A DNA stretch of 63,700 nt, counting the filler, from Reclinomonas americana ATCC 50394 (Eukaryota), in assembly GCA_048213135.1 (NCBI GenBank). It is 6 parts of 3 records of this genome, joined end to end, with 100 filler letters (N's around TTAATTAATTAA, not from the genome) between each part and the next. Parts side by side here need not be neighbours in the genome. Positions count along the whole stretch, not along the records: positions 55,437 to 61,259 come from PS015339.1; positions 61,360 to 63,700 come from PS015339.1; 4 more parts are not named here. One strand, 5' to 3'. The notes beneath the pieces were generated by a model. The model was given only the letters and a program-made list of their open reading frames with translations, was not told where the DNA came from and searched no databases. Made by a program: the position numbers and the translations under genes. Each line of letters opens with the position of its first letter. Positions within the stretch are counted from its first letter, which is position 1. Below, piece after piece: positions 55,466 through 63,700 of this stretch.

Positions 55466-57825
55466 AACTCTCGGGTCCGAACGCCGCCACCACCGGCTCG
55501 CTGTCGACGATGAACTTTTCGAGCGGCAAGAGCGGCCAGCTCACCGTCTCCACCATGTGCCAGTCGGAGGGCGGCACGGCAAATACCGGCCCCGTTCCCC
55601 CGCACATTGCCGCCATGTTGGCGCGCAAGGCGGCAGCCGCCAAGCCGGCGGCACCCGGTACTGCCGCCNNNNNNNNNNNNNNNNNNNNNNNNNNNNNNNN
55701 NNNNNNNNNNNNNNNNNNNNNNNNNNNNNNNNNNNNNNNNNNNNNNNNNNNNNNNNNNNNNNNNNNNNNNNNNNNNNNNNNNNNNNNNNNNNNNNNNNNN
55801 NNNNNNNNNNNNNNNNNNNNNNNNNNNNNNNNNNNNNNNNNNNNNNNNNNNNNNNNNNNNNNNNNNNNNNNNNNNNNNNNNNNNNNNNNNNNNNNNNNNN
55901 NNNNNNNNNNNNNNNNNNNNNNNNNNNNNNNNNNNNNNNNNNNNNNNNNNNNNNNNNNNNNNNNNNNNNNNNNNNNNNNNNNNNNNNNNNNNNNNNNNNN
56001 NNNNNNNNNNNNNNNNNNNNNNNNNNNNNNNNNNNNNNNNNNNNNNNNNNNNNNNNNNNNNNNNNNNNNNNNNNNNNNNNNNNNNNNNNNNNNNNNNNNN
56101 NNNNNNNNNNNNNNNNNNNNNNNNNNNNNNNNNNNNNNNNNNNNNNNNNNNNNNNNNNNNNNNNNNNNNNNNNNNNNNNNNNNNNNNNNNNNNNNNNNNN
56201 NNNNNNNNNNNNNNNNNNNNNNNNNNNNNNNNNNNNNNNNNNNNNNNNNNNNNNNNNNNNNNNNNNNNNNNNNNNNNNNNNNNNNNNNNNNNNNNNNNNN
56301 NNNNNNNNNNNNNNNNNNNNNNNNNNNNNNNNNNNNNNNNGCCGCCGCCGCCGGCACCGCCACCAAGTTCTTTGCATTCAGCGGCAATACGGCGTCGACC
56401 TCCACAGCCGCGTCCACGGACGGCTCGGTGCCGTCGTCGGAGCAGGCGGTGCGGCCGGTGGAGTCGCAAAACTACAGCAGCATTCCGCCCTCCATGGCGG
56501 CGGCGCGGGCGGCTGCCGTGGAGAAGATGAAGAGAACCACCTCGACGCCATCACTGATTCAGTACCAGCCGACCCAAGAACAGCAGCAGCAGCAGCAGGC
56601 GTCGGTCGACGGCGACAGCACGAGGCGATTGATGATTCCGGGGTCGCGACAGCCGCCACCTCCGCTCTCGATTCCCAAGCGTGACGCAACTGCCGGCAAG
56701 GCATCGGCAGGAGCTGAAGCAGCCAGCCGGCGATCACCGGCCGAAATGTCACCACCATCACCGCCGCCACCCCCTGATCGACGGCCTGTGCCACTCCGAT
56801 TCTTGCACCTGGTACGGCGAGTGGATGCGCACAACTTTGATGATGCGGCGGTGGCACCGCTGCGGCCAGAGGTCATTGCCGCGGCTGCTGCGGCCGCCGC
56901 TGCCGCCGCCTCCATGGGCAGCACAGGTAGCTTTGCGCAGCTATCGACCACGGGAGGTTCGTCTCTGGCCGGCATGGGTTCGTGTGGAACGCTGGATGCG
57001 GCGATCCCACCACCGCGTTGGTGGTTCCGCACCGATCGACGCAGCTACCGCATCGACGACAAGGAGGACGCGGAGGAGGAGCAGTTGACGGACTTGAGGC
57101 CTGTGGAGGTGCCGGCCACGCGTCGCCGTTCATTCATCATGCACCGCCATCGCAACAGCTTGCCGACGTCGCCAAACGGTGGTGGTGGCGGTGGTACGGT
57201 AGGCAGTCCGGCAGTTGGTGGTGGTGGCGGCGGCGGCTCGGCGGCGACGCCTGTCGCCGTCGGTGACTCTGGAATGCCCGTGTCGGCACAGTCGTCGCTG
57301 CAGTCGGCGTCGTCGTACATGGGTTCGCTCGGTTCACTGAACACGATGGCGCTGATTCGCGCCGCCGCCGGTGGCTCGTCGTCGGTGGGACCAAGTGCGG
57401 CGACGGCGGCCATGTCGCCCGCCGGTGTGGCCGGACAGACCTCGTCGCCCAACCCAGCAGCAGCGGCGGTGCCGGCGGCTGACGGCAAGGAGCAGTACAG
57501 CGCAGCGATTCGGAAACGACTGGTGGCCTTTGACATGTGGGCCACGCTGCTGCCGAAAGCGAGCAAGCCAGCGGGGGAGGCGAAACCGACACTCCGTCGC
57601 ACGCGCAGCGTGTGCTTTAGCACGTTGCCGCAGAGCGACGACGACGACGAGGATCAGGTGGGGGCGGCGCACGATGCGACGGCAGCTCGTGAAAGCGGCC
57701 CCAGGCTAGCACGCAGCGGAATGCTGCGTGTTTCGTCCACATCGGCGCTGTCCGATATGGCAGAACTGGCGCACGAGTCAGTACCGGTCAATGTGCCACG
57801 GCCCGGCATTCGGGCTGCTTACTAA
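55466..57825 (+). CDS. Long terminal exon of an unknown low-complexity protein (gap inside)
   Basis: Acceptor ttccag at 55465; stop-free coding-like frame either side of the gap, ending in TAA at 57825. Confidence 0.55.
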
Positions 57826-58194
57826 TGGGCCTGTACAGAAGTGGAGGGTGGGGGAGAGAGAAATTCATGTGCAGTGTTTTGAGTATTCATTCGTTTAGGT
57901 CAAGAAAAGGGGAGTGTGTTGGTGTGNNNNNNNNNNNNNNNNNNNNNNNNNNNNNNNNNNNNNNNNNNNNNNNNNNNNNNNNNNNNNNNNNNTTTTGTAG
58001 TAATTGTTTTGGTCTGCGTGTTTCCTTGCTTTAGCCACCTCCTCCGGCTCTTCTGACGCGACACGGTGATGGTGCGGTTGCGCCCCGGTCGTATGTTAGA
58101 GGGCGGGCCTTCTGTGTTTGCATCTAAATTCATGTTTGTGGCGACGGGAGATGTGTGTGTTGTTTTTTGTTTTGCGTCCGCAGCTTAAGGAATT

Positions 58195-58712
58195 AAAGAG
58201 ATTCATGCTGCGTGTTCATTGCTGGGTGTCAGGCCAGAGTTCGCTGCAGGAAGGAGCGCAGCATCGATTCGTGCTCTATGGGGGAAGAGTGGTGTGGAGG
58301 TGCAGAGATTCCTGCTGCGTGTTCAAGCCAGAGCAGCATCAACTCGTGCTCTGTGCCAATGGGGAAAGAGGACAAGAGCGGTGTGGAGGTGCAGAGATTC
58401 ATGCTGCGTGTTCATTGCTGCGTCAGGCCAGGATTCGCTGCAGGAAGGAGCGTAGCATCGACTCGTGCTCTATGGGGGAAGAGGGCAAGAGCGGTGTGGA
58501 GGTGCAGAGATTTCTGCTGCGTCTTCACTAGTGCGTCAGGCCAGGGTTCGCTGCAGGAAGGAGCGCAGCATAGACTCATGCACTGCGCCAATGGGGGAAG
58601 AGGACAAGAGCGGTGTGGAGGTGCCAAGAGTCCTGCTACGTGTTCATTATTGTGTCAGGCCAGGGTTCGCTGCAGGAATGAGCGTAGCATCGATTCGTGC
58701 TCTGCGCCAATG
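58195..58712. repeat. Five tandem ~90-120-bp repeats, each with an internal inverted repeat
   Basis: Unit gtgtggaggtgcagagattc.tgctgcgtgttca...tcaggccagg.ttcgctgcaggaaggagcg.agcatcga.tcgtgctct; copy 2 has an internal deletion. Confidence 0.9.
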
Positions 58713-61259
58713 GCGTCGCCCATCTCCGACAGACGCTGACTGCAATAGTCGGCGGCCAGCTGGAAGGACAAGAGCGATGAGGAGGAGGGGGCAGAAGATA
58801 TCGAAGAGTTCAAGAGCACGCACATCGGAGACGTTGCCGAGCACTCGCTGCGACTGCGCCGAGTTGGAAGCGAGGACAAAGAGCTGTTGCGCCAGATCGG
58901 GATGCCTAAGAAGCAGCATGAGTAGATGAACCATGGAGAGGCAAAGCTGAAGAAAACGACTCACTTGGCATACGGAATGGCAACCAGCACATCGACAAAC
59001 ACCATGGCGTACGCGGCTGCGGTCCATGGCTCGAATGATCGCACGTCTGTGATCACTCGATGCAGGTTGCTGATGGCCTGCACATACGACGACACCACAT
59101 GCTGCAGCACGGCGAGCGAGGAGTCTGCGGCGTGAGAGTGAAGTGAGTCGAGGGACGGCATCAGTGGTCTATCTGCAAAGCTGACGCAACTCGTATCGCT
59201 CAGAATGAGCAGCAACATGCGCGTGGCCATTCGACTGGTGCTGATGAGTGAGCAGAGCTCCACCAACGACGGCATGTCGACCTTCATGGAGAGCGCAATC
59301 CACGTCTTTTGCAGCACACTGCCAACCCACCAGGGAAAGCGAGATTCCAACCACTCGCTGAGCACTGCGGGCGGGCCGGTCGGCTGCACGGCGTTCGTGA
59401 ATGCCACTGCACGAAAGAGGGCCGGCAGTGTGGTCTCCAGCAGCCGCTGAAACTGGTTGCGAGTTGCGCGTTCCATCGACTTGCGGTACGCAACCGGCAA
59501 CAGACGGGCCACCAGCGTGTACCAAATCGAGGGCGTGTGTTTCCACTGCTTCCGCGCGCTCACAGTTGCCTCGGTGAGCAGCGCCTTCACCGCCTTGGAC
59601 AGCTCCTCCGAGCACACAGAGTAGTCGCAGAGGGTGACAAGGAATTGCACGGCGGGCAGACGGCTGGCCGATGAGACTCCACACGTCAGCTCGACGTCAT
59701 GTGAGGTCTGCCGAAGCGATACGTGCTGCAACGGAGAGGGATTGAGGGGGGAATGGGGCACGAGAGATGGAGAAACATTGCGAAACTGTCCAAAAGTCGT
59801 CGACGGACACGGCATCGACCATGCTGTGCAGACTGGTGTAGCTCCACTTGCCGACCACCGGCGCCGAGTCGTCTTCCCCTTGCACATCCGTGTCGGGTGT
59901 CAGCGCCGTGGTCGTTTGTGCCACACAAAGCTGCACTCGCCAGTCTGGAGAGGACACGGAATAAGTGAGCGAGGGAGAAGAGAGAGGATGAGGGGAAGAA
60001 GTATTAAGCAGACCGAGTGCGTAAAAGGCGTCAACATACTCGGTCCACGATATTGCCTTTTGCTCCCAGAGCAGGTCACCTGCGTGTGATACTTTGTCAG
60101 TGGCGCGTGAAAGGGCCTGAGAGAGCGGCGAGATGCACATCGCACCATGCTCCCACAACAGCGACGAAACGCAGTCGTCGCACGCCAACAAAAGATCAGC
60201 CGCATCGACCGAGGCCTTGAACCAGGCTGCTGACAGCTGCGAGCTGTCCACCGTGAAGCTGCAAACTCGACAGTGAGAAGCGCTGGCCACAAAGAAAGGC
60301 ACACGCGAGTGCACGCACCGCAAGTCGGCCATGCGAGCCAGCACCAACAAGAGGAGACAGAGGGCGTGCGTGTTGCGCAATTCGCCCAACACCGCCGGTG
60401 CTTCGAGCGCGAACAGCCAGGCGTGGACGCAGCGCTCCGCCACTTGAAACAGGAGGAGGGCAGGTGGCGGTGGCGCCTCACAGTCTACATCAGGCGACGC
60501 CTCCCAGAACTCCACCGCAGCCTCGCACCACGGGACAAAGAGCAGCTGGAGAAGGCGAGAATCGGTGGCGGCCATGTCGGACACCAACACCTGTGTACCA
60601 AAAGCAAGATTAGGATGTGGAGTGCTGCATGAGAACACCTCGCACACAGACCTGCGTGCGCAATCCCTCCACCAGATGCACGCTGTTGCGCACAATCTGC
60701 TCTCCACGATCGGCTGGAATCGACTCGGCGGTGGACGACTCGATTACGGCGCGCAGTGCATGCAGAACAAGAGGAATCCCTGTGAAGGCAAGCAGGTGGG
60801 CGAACGGAGAGAGGGACGGACACTGCAGAAAACGACGGGCAAACAAACCATTGACGGTGACCGGTGGCAAATGCACCAACAGCTGACAGACGACCGTCGT
60901 CTGCGCTCGCTTCTGCAACGCGTCGGTCAGCAGCTGCGTCATGACCTCGACGGGAGACTGCAGGAACATCTACGGAAGGCAACTGAGGTGAGAGAGGCAT
61001 CAAGGGAGCCTCCGATACTGAGAACGATTACGCCCTCACCTGCAGCAGCGATCGATGCAAATGCTGCGTGCGAGCACCAGCCGACGCCGCTTGCGTCACC
61101 GTGTTGAACAGTTTGAGCAGATTGGCGCGCAGCGAACCGAGATCGGCCGTGTCGGTTGTGGGTACCAGCAACGAGTGCATGGGCCTGCGAGTAGCAAAGT
61201 GAATGCCAGGTGAGAGACAAGAGGACTGGCTTTGAGAGCGCCGCACGGTTGCGATTGCC
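58647..61259 (-). CDS. Multi-exon Leu-rich helical (ARM/HEAT-like) protein of unknown family, 5' truncated
   Basis: Consecutive long minus-strand ORFs (61028-61246, 60610-60969, 59697-60707, 58961-59887, 58647-59027) joined by GT-AG sites. No family recognised. Confidence 0.6.
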
Positions 61260-61359
61260 NNNNNNNNNNNNNNNNNNNNNNNNNNNNNNNNNNNNNNNNN
61301 NNNTTAATTAATTAANNNNNNNNNNNNNNNNNNNNNNNNNNNNNNNNNNNNNNNNNNNN

Positions 61360-61500
61360 ACGACCTCGACGAACTCGCGGATTCTGTATTGGAGTTTGCT
61401 GGAGGGTTTCGTGCTGGTGTGCATGAGTCTCGGCCAGGTGTGGTACTTTAAGAGACTACTCGGCGGCGACAGCTCCAGTCGCTCAGGTGGAAGCATCTAA
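61360..61500 (+). CDS. p24/EMP24 (TMED) family C-terminus
   Basis: TTSTNSRILYWSLLEGFVLVCMSLGQVWYFKRLL matches the p24 coiled-coil/TM end (STNxRVxxWS..QVxYLK). Confidence 0.8.
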   Translation, partial: TTSTNSRILYWSLLEGFVLVCMSLGQVWYFKRLLGGDSSSRSGGSI

Positions 61501-62182
61501 GAGAGGGAGAGAGAGGGAGAGAGAATGCATGGCGACGGCAGCTCGCAGCGTGCACTCACATACACAGCATTGCGTTGTGTTTGTGGGTTCGTGTGGCTGT
61601 AGAGCTGAGTGGAAATGAATGGCGTTGTCACGATCGAGGATTGCAGGAGGGTTTTGCTGAAGGAGAAGCAGGGATTTGTGGATATGTGTCGCACATGCAA
61701 TGTGAGACGTGTTTTGTTTTTGTCTTTGCTGCTCGAAGCCGGCATCTTGGATCGTGCATTCGGCAAGCCATCGCTTGGGCGGGGCGCCACCTACTGCCGA
61801 GCCGCTGGCCTACCTCCTCCTCCAGCGCCATCACCATCATCATCATCATCCGCTCTTCCTCCTCCTCCTCCTCACAATCGATACCTACGTTCTGGTACAG
61901 AGCTTCACTCAAATCCTCAACCCCGACTTGCAATCCCCGCTCGCGACTCTTCACCATGATTATTGTAATACATGTTGCGGGTGCCCTCGAGGGCGTGCAC
62001 CTCCTCCACCACGAGCACTACCGCCTCCACCGCGTCCTCCTCCACGACGGCCCCCGCTCATGAGAGAGAGATCGAAACAACGGAGCGTACTGACCCGTGA
62101 AATGCGTTTGCGAAGCTAAGAGAGACATTCCTTTACACCTTGCCTCTGTGCTTCTTCTTCTTCTTCTTCTTCTTCTTCTTCT

Positions 62183-63274
62183 TCACAATCGGAGACTGTC
62201 ATCAGTGAAGCACCGATAGGCAACACTCTCCGCTTCCTCGACCAAGAAGCATCGCAGAACAATCTCCACCAGGCAGCGACGATCCGCCTCGTCGTCCTCC
62301 TCCTCCAGCATTTCCTGCACCACATTTAAGGCCGAGCGGGCACAGGCACATTCGTGCCGAGCGAGACCGCAGGGCGTCGACCACACTCGCACTGTCTTGT
62401 CCCAACTGCCACTCACAATGTGTTGGCCGTCAAAAGAGACTGCGATCGACGACACCGTGTTTGTATGTTCCTCCATCCGCCGCACCTCCTCGCCACTCGC
62501 CAGTGACCATACTCGCACAGTCTCGTCCTTACCCCCGCTCACAATGTGAAGGCCATCGGGAGTTACGGCGACAGAATACACCAACCCATCGGCGAATCGT
62601 CGTACCTCTTCTCCGTTCGCCCACGCCAACACCAACACCACAGAGTCATTACAAAATAATCTAAAACTGTTGCTGACAATGTGTCGACCATCGGGCGTGA
62701 CGGCGACAGAATTGATGCGACCAGTGTGTCCCTCCGCCAATCGTTGCACCTCCCTCCCACTCGCCAGTGACCACACTCGCACAGTCCCCTCGAAATCTCC
62801 ACTCACCACATGCTGACTGTCGGGAGTGACAGCCACACAGGATACTAGTGCACAATACCCCTCGGGCTCCAATCGCCTCACCTCCTCGCCACTCGCCAGT
62901 GACCACACGCGCACAGTGCGATCTTGACTCCCACTCACAACATACTGACCGTTGGGAGTGACGGCGACAGAAATAACAAAAGCCGCGTGTCCCTCCATCC
63001 TCCGCACCTCCTCGCCACTCGCCAGCAACCACACACGCACTGTCCAATCACTACCCCCACTCACAATGTGCAGACAATCGGGAGCAACGGCCACACACAA
63101 CCCAGTGCGTGTCTCCAATTGTCTCACTTCTTTCCCACTCGCCAGCGACCACACTCGCACGCTCCTGTTGTCACCAATAATGACGTGCTCGCCATCGGGA
63201 GTTATGGCGACGGAACTCACACCGTAAGTGAGTCGAAAGCACTTGTGCGGGAGAAACGGGGGAGCAGAGGACAT
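62183..63274 (-). CDS. Intronless 7x WD40 protein with conserved helical C-terminal tail
   Basis: Repeats ..SVAVTPDGxHIVSG..DxTVRVWSLASGEEVRR; tail homologous to 17630-17846. Confidence 0.88.
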   Translation of the reverse strand: MSSAPPFLPHKCFRLTYGVSSVAITPDGEHVIIGDNRSVRVWSLASGKEVRQLETRTGLCVAVAPDCLHIVSGGSDWTVRVWLLASGEEVRRMEGHAAFVISVAVTPNGQYVVSGSQDRTVRVWSLASGEEVRRLEPEGYCALVSCVAVTPDSQHVVSGDFEGTVRVWSLASGREVQRLAEGHTGRINSVAVTPDGRHIVSNSFRLFCNDSVVLVLAWANGEEVRRFADGLVYSVAVTPDGLHIVSGGKDETVRVWSLASGEEVRRMEEHTNTVSSIAVSFDGQHIVSGSWDKTVRVWSTPCGLARHECACARSALNVVQEMLEEEDDEADRRCLVEIVLRCFLVEEAESVAYRCFTDDSLRL

Positions 63275-63700
63275 GAGGCGGAGAATAAGAAGAATGGAGT
63301 GTGCACGTGTGAAGTGTGCGGCAATTTCGCGACGGCAAGGGGACACACTCGTTTCGACTTCCACTCGCTGTCAAGACCCACGCGTGGGGTAAATTGGGGA
63401 AACGAGAGCAAGAAATAGCTCTACTCCTATTACATTTTCTCTTCCCTTTTTCTCCTCCTCTGAGATCTCTTCTCTGCAGCTGCACGCGCTGTCTTCGAAT
63501 TCCCCACGGCTTTCTCTGCGCCTCTCCTGACTACGTTTGGAGAGAGTTCCGTATTTGAGCTTGCTCCACACTGGAGTCCATTACTGCGCTCAATACCTTG
63601 CATACCCACCTCTCGATCAAACCTTGTCGCATTGTCAGGTGAGTCCTGCACCCGATTGTCCGAGGCCGTCCGAGAATCCGATTTCATTGCAAGGAGTTGC

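Noticed and set aside
54945..58712. Repeat arrays as CRISPR
   Set aside because: Whole units are repeated with no unique spacers, no cas genes are present, and the context is eukaryotic.
17457..61315. Repeated TTAATTAATTAA as piggyBac-like target sites or a biological motif
   Set aside because: Always embedded in similar-length N runs; an artificial contig linker. Gene adjacency across these points is meaningless.
61628..62063. Possible small minus-strand RGG/acidic gene
   Set aside because: No consistent reading frame or exon structure could be assembled.

Overview
Eukaryotic, intron-rich, GC-rich protist-like draft genome sequence using the standard genetic code (TAA, TAG and TGA all appear as stops). 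The window is not contiguous. Six scaffolds are joined by artificial N-TTAATTAATTAA-N linkers (17457, 38210, 51356, 55381, 61304), and there are many internal gaps. I assembled genes by hand from GT-AG splice sites and protein motifs: DEK_C protein, WD40x14-coiled coil-IRAK/Pelle kinase, P5C reductase, ankyrin/TM/coiled-coil protein, ARL6, two WD40 proteins with a shared C-tail, MFS transporter, secreted saposin-like protein, ERK7/MAPK15, polyQ protein, cathepsin B, URI1, a STAND NTPase-TPR (NLR-like) gene, two tandem cullins, tandem DUSP11-type RNA triphosphatases (one with two CCCH fingers), and a p24 fragment. Highlights: (1) a candidate innate-immune toolkit, comprising a family of near-identical WD40 repeats with hypervariable surface residues (one member fused to an IRAK/Pelle kinase) and a frameshifted NLR-like gene bracketed by a ~200-bp direct repeat; (2) a recurrent shifted 5' splice-site motif GT-T-GCG at about 19 introns. 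All assignments come from motif recognition; no database searches were run.
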